NCBI GenBank assembly: GCA_051892935.1
Contig: JBJFGS010000037.1
Span: forward strand, 1 to 38,724
Length of the DNA stretch: 38,724 nt
Source: Candidatus Coprovivens sp.
GTDB taxonomy: Bacteria; Bacillota_I; Bacilli_A; RF39; UBA660
Direction: 5' to 3'
Part shown: positions 8,770 to 19,400 of the stretch, in pieces
Layout: every line of letters starts with the position of its first letter
Numbering within the stretch: the stretch's first letter is position 1
Notes under the pieces: model-generated
What the model was told of the DNA's origin: nothing
Database searches by the model: none
The model's input: the letters and a program-made list of their open reading frames with translations, nothing else
Program-made: the position numbers and the translations under genes

Positions 8770-11700
8770 TTGGCCATCCTCCTACATAATATTCTTCATA
8801 ATAAATATTCCATGAAGCTAACATATATTCATCATATCTTTTATTCTTGATTCCAATTCCATTAATTTGATTGTTCAATGGATTCGATTTATTCAATGTG
8901 CTATATTCTATTATCAATCGTTGTTCTAAACCTCTAGCTTCTTCATATGTCAAGCAAGTTTGCAAACCTTTATCCATAACAAGAGAACTTCTTTTAGATG
9001 CTAAATGTTGACTTTCTCTCAATTCTAAATTTGTTGTTCTACCAACATACATTGTTTTTTTAGTTACTGGTTCTTTCAACGTATAAACATAATGGCATTG
9101 GGAATTCGAAGATTTCTTCTTTTTATTAGCTTTTTTAGTTTTAGATGCAGCATATACTACTGCACCAGTTATAGCAACTGCTGCCAAATATGGTGCTGCT
9201 GCACTTAATGCAGAACTCGCTGCTGTTGCAAGACTACTTCCATAAGCCTTAGCTGCACCGATTCCAGTAGCCACCACATCTCTTACTTTTCCCCAATCGA
9301 GCCAATCTAATGCACCAGCGTTATGTCCATTTGGATCAACACACATAATGTAATTATTACTAACATATTGAAAAAGATTTCCGGAGACAACATCTTTATT
9401 AGCTAACAATATTGAATCTCCATTAATAAATCTTCCCCATTCTGGGTTGTAGTATCTACTATTTAGATAGTATAACTTGGTTTCTTCATCATAGTAATAA
9501 CTTCTATAACGGAATGGATTTATTGTACCTAGATTAATTCCACTATTATCCGTGATATTAGAGATTGCTCCCCAACTATCGTATTCATATGTTACTATTT
9601 CTTCATAGTTAGAGTTTATAATACCAATTATATCTCCAAATACATTTTTATGATAGTAATAAGTATTTCCATTATAAACGAATCCTAATAGTTCATCTCC
9701 GTTATATAAATAGTATAACATAGTATTATTTCTATCTTCAAATACTATTTTATTACCTTCTAAATAATATTTTGTTTCAATGTTATTAACTACTTTTGAT
9801 GTACGAATACCATTTAAATTGTATTTATAACTTATATTATTTGATGATTCTTGATATGAAGATAGTTCTCTACCATTCATCCAAGTTAAAGTTTTGTTTC
9901 CTATACTTAATGGGTTTCCAATGTTATCGTATGTAATTGTTTCATTATTAAATTTAGTTAATAAATCTTGCCAATTACTATTCTCATATGAATATGTATT
10001 TTCTGATAATAATGTAGTCGTATTATACGTATAAACTTTCTTACTTAGTATATTTCCATAATTATCATATAAATATTCAATTGTTTGATTATTAACTAAA
10101 TTATGTTCTTTAATTAACTGAGAATGTTCATCATAAAAGTATTTATTAACAACAGAATTATCTTTTTTAACTTCTGTTATATTACCTAACTTATCATACT
10201 TATATGAATAATTTATACCATTATCATTTACATTATTTAATACTGCAGAAGTTTTCTTACCATTAGTTATATAACTATAAGTTGTTTTATAATTATTATT
10301 AATATTACTTTCTATAAGTCTTCCTAAGTTATCATAAATATAATTGAAATTGTTATTTAAGATATTTAAGTTGGTTAACGATGATTCTTGATTATAAGAA
10401 TAATTATATAAATATGAATAATTACCTAATTCTTCTTTTTTATCGGTAACATTATTTTCACTATCATAGTTATATGATGATTTATAATTATTGAATTTAT
10501 ATTTGCTAATTCTATTAGCAAAATCATATTCATAATTATAATTATCATTATTAGAAGTTAATTTAACTATTCTGCCTAGATTATCGTAATAATTTTTATA
10601 TACATCATTTGTTTTGGTAATTGTCTTGATTCTATCAAATTCATCATATGTATAGTTTACTTCATGATTATTACCGTATTTTATTTTAGTTAAATTACCA
10701 TTATTATTTTCGTAAAAATTTTCTACTAAGTTAGTATTATTTATATTAACTTTTTTATTATTATTAAAGTTATCATATTCAAAGGTATAGTTTTTAGTAC
10801 CATGAGTTATTTTAGATAAGTTATTATTACTATACTCATATGATACGTTATGTTCTCCCTTACTAATATTACTAACTCTAAACTTACTATCGTAAGTATA
10901 GTTGGTAGTATTATCTAGTGGATCAGTAATACTATTTGTTACTTCATTAGTACTATTTATATCGTAAGTAGTAACATTACCTAAACTATCTTTTACTGAT
11001 TTTATAAATCTACCATCATTAGTATATTCAGCACTACTTTCAATAAATAAACTGTTTTCCATTCTTTCAAATAAGAAGTGTTGTGATTCGTTGTTTTCAT
11101 TGTATGTAGTTAAAGATAATGTATTGTCTTCATTTACTGTTACTGATAGTTCATTTGATTTTATGGAGTATGTCTTATCAGAATGTTCGATAAGTTCAAA
11201 TATGTTATTGTTGTCTCCATATTCTATTTTTAAAACTCCACCATTGTCTTTTAAATAATAGTTTTTTAAAACTGTATATTGGAGTTTTATTTTAGAATCT
11301 GGTTGTTTAATAACATTGAACTTATCATGTGAACATTCACATTGTCTTACCATTAAATTTTTATCTGGTTTAATATATAGATAACAATCTGTACCTTTAG
11401 CTCTTATATAATAAGTAGTATCTATTATTTCATCAAATGCTTGAGTATTATTTATAATTGTTTTAATAGGATTATTATTACTATCATAATCAATACTATT
11501 TGTAATACCTGTAGGAGATATAGCTCTTATTAATCTATCAGTTACATTTTCATCATATTCATATTTAAACTTTTTACCTAATGGTGAAATAGCTTCTATT
11601 AATTGATTATTACCATCATAATTAAATGTAGATGTTTCTCTGGATAAATCAGTACTTGAAACTAAGTTTCCTTCATCATCATAGACATAAGAATAACTTT

Positions 11701-14404
11701 CTAAATCTTTGAATATAGATATATTTGTAATATAACAATCTCTACAACTAAATAAATCATTAATATTCAAAGAGATACTATTAAAATCGTATTTAGCTAC
11801 GTATTTTTTAGAAAAATAATGCCAATCTTTATTATATTCTGTTAAATAATCATCTTCTCCATAGCCTTCCCATTCACCATCAACATAATCAAAATATATA
11901 TATCCTGCTATATTGGCTGGTTCTTCTATACTATCTACAGGAGGAATTATTTTTGGTCCTTCATTTTTATACCAGAATGATAATTCAAAGACATCTCCTG
12001 CTTTACCATTTACATTGAAATGTTTAGCTATAGTAGTTTGAATCAATGGATTATTATTTAACTTCAGAGCTTTTATATTATCTATTGTGACAACTTCAGC
12101 TCTAGGTGTTGTTTCTTCAGATTCATAGTTCCATTGTCTTCCTGTTCTTTTATAAGAAGAAATTTCATATCCCGTTGTTCCATTGTTAAAGTTACTATTA
12201 CTTATCATGTTATAGTAATTAGCAACTTCTCCCTCTTCTAACTGAATGGCATCTATCCATATATTACCAATACCTAATGGGGTAATCTTAACTACTAAAT
12301 TAGAAGTTGCTGATTCAGGATAATTAATAGTAACATCATATCTACTATATTTATTATTTATATCATTTATAATAGTTTTTTCTTCTACTGAATCATATGA
12401 TAAAGATATTTCTAAAGGAATATCATTCTTAATATAAGTACTAAATGTATAATATTTTTCTTTGTCTACTTGTTTAGATAAACTAATATAACTATTTAAT
12501 GCTGTATTTGAAATTTTTAATGACTTTAGTCCGTAATGTCCTTCATTTAATACAGATGAAGTAATATTACTATTTGAAGATGTAAATGGATTAGTTCTAT
12601 CTTCAAAAGATGAATTGTCTATTAAGTTATTAACATGCTTAACTAAACTTCCATCTAAAGTTACTTTATTTACCGATGATGTACCTACTTCCCCATAAAC
12701 AGAAGTCTTTCCGTAAGCATTAGTTAGATCATTATTACTATCTATATTAGTAATTACTTCTGTATTAGCATTATTATTAAATACATAAGTATTAACATGT
12801 CCTTTTCTATCTTTAATACTAGTAGATTTTAAGTTATAAGTAAATTCTAAGTAATTACCTTCACTATTATCTTTACCATATTCTATAACTTTAGATACTC
12901 TATAAGTCTTATTATTTATATACTCATACTTAGTATATAAACCATTAGAATTAATAATCTTCTCTATTAAGTTATTACTATTATAAGTAATTGTTGTTAT
13001 ATCTTCTAAATCTTCTATACTAGTTACTAAATTATTAGTTATATTAACTATTGTAGTTTTATAAGGACTTATAAAACTAATTTTATTAGCTTCATAAGTA
13101 ATATTTATTTCATCATTAGATGCATCTATTACTTTGTTTATTCTATTATTAGTATCATATATAATTTGAATTGTTTTATCTGAAGTATCTTTTATTTCTT
13201 CTAAATAATAAGTACCACTATGATTAACATATTTATTAGTATTTTTATCTTTATCAGTCATTATATAGTTATTATCAATTAATTCTACTTTTAATGATAA
13301 ACCATCTTCATCATAATAAATATTATCAGTAGATTTATAAAAATAATGAATAGTTCCATCTTCATCTGTATATTCAAGTACTTCTATATCATCAATTGTA
13401 ACTTCTTTTATAGTTTGTATTAAATTAGGTTTTATTCCTAACCCATAACCATAATTACTACCTAGTACTTTATCTGCAGTATTATATACAAGATATAATC
13501 CAACTGGTAATGGTCCACCTATTGTATTTGCAACATCAAAGGTGCTGGTTAAATTACCATTATAATTATTAATATGACTAGAACCTAATTCATGACTTTG
13601 TGATGTATAAGTTAAATAACTTTCTAATCCATTTAAGTTTTTATAATTAATTACTAATCCAGGTTGCGGATTCCCTGTTTCTGTCTCAGCATTCTTAGTA
13701 TAATATTCACCTATTTTTACATTTGCATTATAGATTTCATCAACAGCTTTTAACATTAAACCATAATTAGGTTCATTATTATACCATCTCTGTACTAAGT
13801 CTGTAACATCTACTTTAGATACTTTACTATTTATTGTAAGTATATCTCCTGAAATTGTCCCAGATGATCTTGTACTATGAAAGTAATTTTCTATATTAGT
13901 ATTATATTTATTATTCATAGATGACCAAGTAGTACTATTTTCAGACCAATCTTGTGTTAGTTGATGTATTGAAATTAAGGTATTTGAATCACTTTCATTA
14001 TAGTTTTCATCATAATAACCAATAAGGTTTAATGTAGCATCAACTATTGTATAACTTGAAGGAATAGTTGGTAAATCGAATTTTAAGAGTGCACGATGTA
14101 TTACATCTGTTCCATTAATTCTTTCTACTCCTATTTTTATTTTATCTTCTTCTCCAGTATTAGTACCATTTGATGATATATAGGTATCTGTTATATAAAA
14201 AGGATTATTATTTCCTGTTATAGCACCCATACCGGCAGTATTATTTGATTCTCCCGGTGTTAAAGTCGGTTCATCAGATAAGAGCATTATTTGATTATTA
14301 TTAATTATTTCATCATATATTTCTATCTGAATAGTCCCATCTTTTTTTAAATATGTTTTTGAATTCGGAGTTTGATATTCTGTTAATTCTATTCGCTTGT
14401 CCAT
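8747..14404 (-). CDS. RHS/YD-repeat polymorphic toxin 1 (DNRLRE/CBM96-like, two CBM-like domains, beta-trefoil-like insert, RHS core, GIY-YIG nuclease CT)
   Basis: DTYISS...RALLKFDLP...VTDLVQRWY; NLIDNSSFE...IQLEEG; YD repeats; RHS core; VDPNG; CT HYVY...YVGRT...R...ARGLEQ...N; no signal peptide. Confidence 0.9.
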   Translation of the reverse strand: MDKRIELTEYQTPNSKTYLKKDGTIQIEIYDEIINNNQIMLLSDEPTLTPGESNNTAGMGAITGNNNPFYITDTYISSNGTNTGEEDKIKIGVERINGTDVIHRALLKFDLPTIPSSYTIVDATLNLIGYYDENYNESDSNTLISIHQLTQDWSENSTTWSSMNNKYNTNIENYFHSTRSSGTISGDILTINSKVSKVDVTDLVQRWYNNEPNYGLMLKAVDEIYNANVKIGEYYTKNAETETGNPQPGLVINYKNLNGLESYLTYTSQSHELGSSHINNYNGNLTSTFDVANTIGGPLPVGLYLVYNTADKVLGSNYGYGLGIKPNLIQTIKEVTIDDIEVLEYTDEDGTIHYFYKSTDNIYYDEDGLSLKVELIDNNYIMTDKDKNTNKYVNHSGTYYLEEIKDTSDKTIQIIYDTNNRINKVIDASNDEINITYEANKISFISPYKTTIVNITNNLVTSIEDLEDITTITYNSNNLIEKIINSNGLYTKYEYINNKTYRVSKVIEYGKDNSEGNYLEFTYNLKSTSIKDRKGHVNTYVFNNNANTEVITNIDSNNDLTNAYGKTSVYGEVGTSSVNKVTLDGSLVKHVNNLIDNSSFEDRTNPFTSSNSNITSSVLNEGHYGLKSLKISNTALNSYISLSKQVDKEKYYTFSTYIKNDIPLEISLSYDSVEEKTIINDINNKYSRYDVTINYPESATSNLVVKITPLGIGNIWIDAIQLEEGEVANYYNMISNSNFNNGTTGYEISSYKRTGRQWNYESEETTPRAEVVTIDNIKALKLNNNPLIQTTIAKHFNVNGKAGDVFELSFWYKNEGPKIIPPVDSIEEPANIAGYIYFDYVDGEWEGYGEDDYLTEYNKDWHYFSKKYVAKYDFNSISLNINDLFSCRDCYITNISIFKDLESYSYVYDDEGNLVSSTDLSRETSTFNYDGNNQLIEAISPLGKKFKYEYDENVTDRLIRAISPTGITNSIDYDSNNNPIKTIINNTQAFDEIIDTTYYIRAKGTDCYLYIKPDKNLMVRQCECSHDKFNVIKQPDSKIKLQYTVLKNYYLKDNGGVLKIEYGDNNNIFELIEHSDKTYSIKSNELSVTVNEDNTLSLTTYNENNESQHFLFERMENSLFIESSAEYTNDGRFIKSVKDSLGNVTTYDINSTNEVTNSITDPLDNTTNYTYDSKFRVSNISKGEHNVSYEYSNNNLSKITHGTKNYTFEYDNFNNNKKVNINNTNLVENFYENNNGNLTKIKYGNNHEVNYTYDEFDRIKTITKTNDVYKNYYDNLGRIVKLTSNNDNYNYEYDFANRISKYKFNNYKSSYNYDSENNVTDKKEELGNYSYLYNYSYNQESSLTNLNILNNNFNYIYDNLGRLIESNINNNYKTTYSYITNGKKTSAVLNNVNDNGINYSYKYDKLGNITEVKKDNSVVNKYFYDEHSQLIKEHNLVNNQTIEYLYDNYGNILSKKVYTYNTTTLLSENTYSYENSNWQDLLTKFNNETITYDNIGNPLSIGNKTLTWMNGRELSSYQESSNNISYKYNLNGIRTSKVVNNIETKYYLEGNKIVFEDRNNTMLYYLYNGDELLGFVYNGNTYYYHKNVFGDIIGIINSNYEEIVTYEYDSWGAISNITDNSGINLGTINPFRYRSYYYDEETKLYYLNSRYYNPEWGRFINGDSILLANKDVVSGNLFQYVSNNYIMCVDPNGHNAGALDWLDWGKVRDVVATGIGAAKAYGSSLATAASSALSAAAPYLAAVAITGAVVYAASKTKKANKKKKSSNSQCHYVYTLKEPVTKKTMYVGRTTNLELRESQHLASKRSSLVMDKGLQTCLTYEEARGLEQRLIIEYSTLNKSNPLNNQINGIGIKNKRYDEYMLASWNIYYEEYYVGGWPIETSKNE
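9416..9928. repeat. RHS core direct repeat, copy 2
   Basis: Matches 7509-8021. Confidence 0.95.
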
Positions 14405-14412
14405 AGAATCAC

Positions 14413-15099
14413 CTAACTAACTCTCTTATAAATATTAACCGCTAAATATGGTGGTAGTGATGATGCATTTCCTGTATTAGGAGGTGTAGTTGAACCGGTA
14501 TTACTTGGAGTAGTAGAACCAGTATTACCATATACTTGAATTCCTTCAGTACGAGTTGAAGATGTTGATACACCTGCTCCTGTATCTTTTTTTCTTTCAT
14601 TTCCTGTAAACTCTATACCTATTTTAGTTTTATAATAAAAGCCATTAGTTCCAGCAAACCGAGCTGCTGTGTATAAACTTCCATATCCATGAGAATGAGC
14701 AGCAGATGTGTGACTATGTGCTGATGATGGATGGTTATGAGTCAATGCACCACCTATTGAATTTAAAGAATAATTATTACTAGATGCTAATAAGAATCTA
14801 TCTTCTATTTTTTCCCATGTACCAGTAAATAATGTACCTGGATTTACATCAGACGTAGTAATGTAAATTGAACCTACTGGATATATTCTATTAAATATTG
14901 CTTCAAAACTGAGTGTGTTATTATTCGCATCACTAATGTTTAAGCTATTTACTGTTAAGTTTCCATTTGTATCTAAACTAAATTTGTTATTTGTAGAAGT
15001 TATACAGTTCGCTTCTATATTATTAGCTACTATATCTAATCCTTCTGTTGTTTCTGTAAAGTATTGATCATATCCTGTTGTATTTGTTTCTTCATTCAT
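14413..15099 (-). CDS. Phage baseplate/tail-fibre tip-like protein (gp10 C-terminal-like), copy 1
   Basis: IYPVGSIYIT...NPGTLFTGTWEKIEDRFLL, three HxH motifs (HNH, HSH, HSH), terminal LPPYLAVNIYKR. Confidence 0.75.
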   Translation of the reverse strand: MNEETNTTGYDQYFTETTEGLDIVANNIEANCITSTNNKFSLDTNGNLTVNSLNISDANNNTLSFEAIFNRIYPVGSIYITTSDVNPGTLFTGTWEKIEDRFLLASSNNYSLNSIGGALTHNHPSSAHSHTSAAHSHGYGSLYTAARFAGTNGFYYKTKIGIEFTGNERKKDTGAGVSTSSTRTEGIQVYGNTGSTTPSNTGSTTPPNTGNASSLPPYLAVNIYKRVS

Positions 15100-15280
15100 A
15101 TTATTTTACCTCTTTCTTTTTCTCTATAATTTATGTTTAAATTAATTTGTTCTTTTTTACTTTCACCTACTTCCACAAGATACTTTCATATCTCTAAGTT
15201 GAGAATAATGGCGAATTGTAAAAAAAGCTATCGCTTATTTAGCGAAAAAGATTCGCTCAAATGGCGAATCTCTTTTAAAT
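15085..15280 (-). repeat. Cassette upstream repeat A, copy 1 (leader with tandem palindromes)
   Basis: Near-identical to 23358-23552; contains TCGC-N7-GCGA at 15231-15245 and 15253-15267, plus an AGAGG RBS. Confidence 0.9.
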
Positions 15281-15349
15281 ATTAATCTATTTGGGCGATA
15301 ATTTATAATAACAAGTGCAACGCTTAATTAATTCATATAAAAAAAATCG

Positions 15350-15511
15350 CTTACTGCGCCTTCATAAAAAGCACAATAAGCGACATTTAGTATTACATGA
15401 TTATTAATAAATATTTTCAAATGTATATTATTAATGACAAGACCTCTTTCTGTCGTGCTATACAAAACACTATCTTGTCTTAACATTAATATACATTTTT
15501 AATTTTTTTAT
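15350..15511 (-). repeat. Non-coding repeat B, copy 2, ending in a terminator hairpin + T run on the minus strand
   Basis: Similar to 5827-5986; minus strand TCGCTTATTGTGCTT-loop-AAGGCGCAGTAAGCGA-T8. Confidence 0.85.
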
Positions 15512-15513
15512 GT

Positions 15514-15538
15514 TGTCTACCATTTGGGGTTCACATCA
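15514..15538. mobile_element. Isolated IS3-family (IS150/IS861-like) terminal inverted repeat
   Basis: Reverse complement TGATGTGAACCCCAAATGGTAGACA resembles IS861-type ends as I recall them (TGAACTGCACCCCAAAAGTTAGACA); no transposase in the window. Confidence 0.55.
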
Positions 15539-15583
15539 AAATTAGCGATTTTTTTACAATACATTGAAAAAATATCATTTTTT

Positions 15584-16402
15584 TTACATCATATTATTCT
15601 TTTTAAAGAAGTTTCTTAATTTCTTTTTACTAGTTGATGGAATATATCTTTCCATTAAATATTTCGATTTTGAAGTATTATAGGTATATATTATATAGTC
15701 ATCATCAAATATAATATTATTTGAACCAATCAGTTCTTCTAATTCGCTAATTTTTTTTTCAGTTAAACACTCTTTTTTAAATGCATTATATAAAAATATA
15801 TCAATAATTTTGTTCTTCCATTCAAACAAATGATTAATAGATTGATCACTAACTTTCTTTTCTTCAAAAGTACTAAAAATATGATCATAACCATTAATTA
15901 GGTATCTATTAGAACTACCACTATAATAATGCATTATAGAAGTGTTTATCAAAAAACCATTTTTAGTAATCAAATCTAAAATTTTTTTATAGTCCGTTAA
16001 CTCTATACATTTGTTTTTTAAAAGTTTTTCTTGTACGACAATTTCCCAACTTAAGTATTCCTGATTTATAGGATAGTTTATTTCTATTTCGAAGTCAGAA
16101 TATTCAGAGTTATTTTGAGGTTTCTGTTCATAAATTAAACTCGGAGCTCCAAATTCATTAGGGTGTTTTTTCCCTCGCATTTTTGATTCTATGTTCACAT
16201 TATAAAATTCTTTTTTATTGGTAAACATTTTACCTATATCCTTAAAATCATAATCTGGATGAAGAAGCATATAACCAATTCTATCATAATTACAATTTAA
16301 TATCTTACATATTTCGTCAACAATTTGTTCTGTTATTTTTTTTTGGTCAATATTCCGATTGTAATCTTCAACGAATATCTTTATTATATAATATTTTTTC
16401 AT
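15584..16402 (-). CDS. Putative immunity protein for RHS toxin 2
   Basis: Starts 12 nt after the toxin stop with an AGAGGA RBS; call is positional only. Confidence 0.65.
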   Translation of the reverse strand: MKKYYIIKIFVEDYNRNIDQKKITEQIVDEICKILNCNYDRIGYMLLHPDYDFKDIGKMFTNKKEFYNVNIESKMRGKKHPNEFGAPSLIYEQKPQNNSEYSDFEIEINYPINQEYLSWEIVVQEKLLKNKCIELTDYKKILDLITKNGFLINTSIMHYYSGSSNRYLINGYDHIFSTFEEKKVSDQSINHLFEWKNKIIDIFLYNAFKKECLTEKKISELEELIGSNNIIFDDDYIIYTYNTSKSKYLMERYIPSTSKKKLRNFFKKNNMM

Positions 16403-16414
16403 ATATAAATCCTC

Positions 16415-19400
16415 TTATTTCCATTTAAATAATTTAGATATTTTTCTAGCAATATCTATGACTTGCTTTTTGCAATTTGGATTACCTGCTGCTATAATTT
16501 CATTTAATTTTTTAGTCATTTGCTTAGCTGTCTGGGATTTACTAACTACTTCTACTAACTTGTTTTTACCAAATCTTGCTTTTCCTATAACATCAGGGCG
16601 TTTAGTTCCTACTAATCCTGCAGCACTTAATGGTTTGTCCAAATATATTTCTTTATATTTTATAGGATTTAATGACATTGAACCTGCTGAAACATTTGAT
16701 GCAAATCTGTGAAGAGCCGTTCCTGTTGCTTGCGCATCTCCTACTACCTTAACTACTCCTGTTTTTATGCCTATAGATGACACAACTGCTCCTGTAACTC
16801 CTCCTGCAAATGATTCTATCGCTGCTCCACTAAGTACTCCATCTACAACATTTTCTCCTTTTTTAGAAGCATTTACTCCACCTGCTACTCCCCCAATAAC
16901 TGCTCCTGCAGATGCACCAATAAATGCTGCTCCTGCTACTACTCCTGCTGGGCCTGTTAGAGTTGCGGCAGCTACTGCAGCTACTCCAATACATGTAGCT
17001 ACTGCAGCTACTTTTACTACTTTTTTCACAATTCTAGATAGTTTCGGTAATTTTGGCCAGTCACCGTCTTCATCAACAAGTGTAATTGGATTATTAAATG
17101 CATATTGATAATTATTGTAACTTAATACTTTTTCTTTAGCGCCGACGTTTTCATCAGCAGTTAAAAATCTTCCTAATTTTGGGCTATAATATCTGGAGTT
17201 TAAATAATATAAATCAGTTTCATTATCATAGTAATACGATCTATATCTAAATGGATTCATGGTTCCTAAGTTAACGTTACTATTATCCACCATTTTTGTT
17301 ATATTTCCCCAAGAGTCGTATTCGTACGTTACTATTTCATTATAATTTGTATCTATTATTCCGACAATGTCTCCTAATATATTTTTATGATAATAATAAA
17401 TATTATTATTTAATGTTAATCCTAATAAATCTCCTTCTAAATCATATATATATATATAACATAGTTCCATCTCTATTTTCAAATATTATCAAATCATCTT
17501 CTAGATAATATTTTGTTTCTATGTTATTTACTTTTTTAGAAGTTCTAATTCCTTTAACATCATAATTAAATTCTATTATGTTATTATTATCAATGTATGA
17601 TGATAACTCATGACCATTAATCCATGTTAAACTTTTATTTCCAATGGTCAATGGATTTCCAATTGAGTCGTAAGTTATGTTATCATCATTATATTTCATT
17701 AATAAATCGTTCAAATTATTATTATATTCATATTTATCCTCTTTTATTAAAAGTTCATCATTAATGTTATAAACTTTCTTTGATAACAAATTTCCGTAAT
17801 AATCATATGAATAACTTTTAATTTGATTATTAATATAATCTTCTTCTTTTATTAATTGAGAATTATTATCATAATAATACTTATTCGTTAACTCCCCATT
17901 TTTTCTAATTTCTGTAATATTATCAAGTTTATCATATTCATATGTATATTCTATTCCGTTATCTTCAATTTTATCTATAGTTGTAGAGGTTTTATTTCCT
18001 TTCGTAATATAATGATACTTTGTTCTTAAGTTGTTATTTATGTTTTTTTCTGAAAGTCTACCTGGACTGTCATATAAATAGTTGAATGAATTACTTAAAA
18101 TACTGATTTTAGTCAAAGTTAAATCATCATTATAATCATAATCATAAGTATAATTTCTTAGTCCTAACTCTTGAATTTTTTTAATAATAATATTATCTTT
18201 TCTATAATCATATTTTGATATAAATTCATTAAAACTATACTTACTTATTCTTTGTGCAAAATCATATTCATAATTGTAAATATCGTTATTGGATGTTGAT
18301 TTTACTATTCTACTTAAATTATCGTAGAAATTAGTAAATGTATTGTTTCCTTTAATTATTTTTTTTACTCTGTCAAACTCATCATAAGTGTAACTGATAA
18401 TATTATTATTACCATATGTTATTTTTTTTAAATTGCCATTATTTGATTCAAATTCTTTATTTATAATAATATTATTATTTAACTTTGTTATATTATTGTT
18501 ATTAAACTCATCATATTCGAAAGTATAAGACTTATTTCCATGGCTAATTGTTGAAAGATTATTGTCATCATCATATTCATAAGTAACTATGTGATTTCCT
18601 TGTTCTACTTTTGTCATTTGTAAATTATCATCGTACATATACGTAGTTATGTCACCATTGGGATTACTCAAACTTTGGATTAATCCGTTTACCGGATTTA
18701 TATCATAAATTATTTCATTATCCAATGAGTCTTTAACACTTTTTATAAATTTACCATCATTTGTATAAGTCGCATAGCTTTCTATATACATTTTATCGTT
18801 GGATTGTTCAAAGAAGAACTCTTGGCGATAATCTTCACTATTGTAGTCCGATAAGATAATATTAAAAGTATCTGTTAAAGTTAATACTTTTTGTTGCTCA
18901 TCTTCACTTTGGGCTAATGCTATGGAATAACTATTATTTAAATTTGATATTAATTCAAATTCATTATTATTATCGCCATACTGAAGTTTTACTTCGCCAT
19001 TATGAACTTTAACAAAGTAATTATTTAAAATTGCATGTTTAATTTTTACTTTGTTTTCATCGTCTTTTATAATGTAAAATTTATCATAAGAACACTCTGA
19101 TTCTTTCATTCTAATGGTTTTATCTGTATTTATAAAGAAATACTTATTTGTTCCTTTAGCCCTTATCAAATATTTTACCTCATTATTTATTTCTGCCAAT
19201 GTTCTTTTATTTGTTACTTTTGTTGATAAAACATTTCCATTATTATCATATTTTATAGAACTCGTTACTCCGGAAGGTGAAAAGGCTCCAATAATTCTAT
19301 CATTTACGTTATTATCATATTCAAAAGTATAATTATTTCCAAGAGGATCTGTCATTCCAATTATTTGATTACTATTATCGTATTTTAAACTGCTTTTCTC

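Noticed and set aside
7509-9928. Diversity-generating retroelement template/variable repeat pair
   Set aside because: No reverse transcriptase in the window; the repeat is the conserved RHS core with very few mismatches
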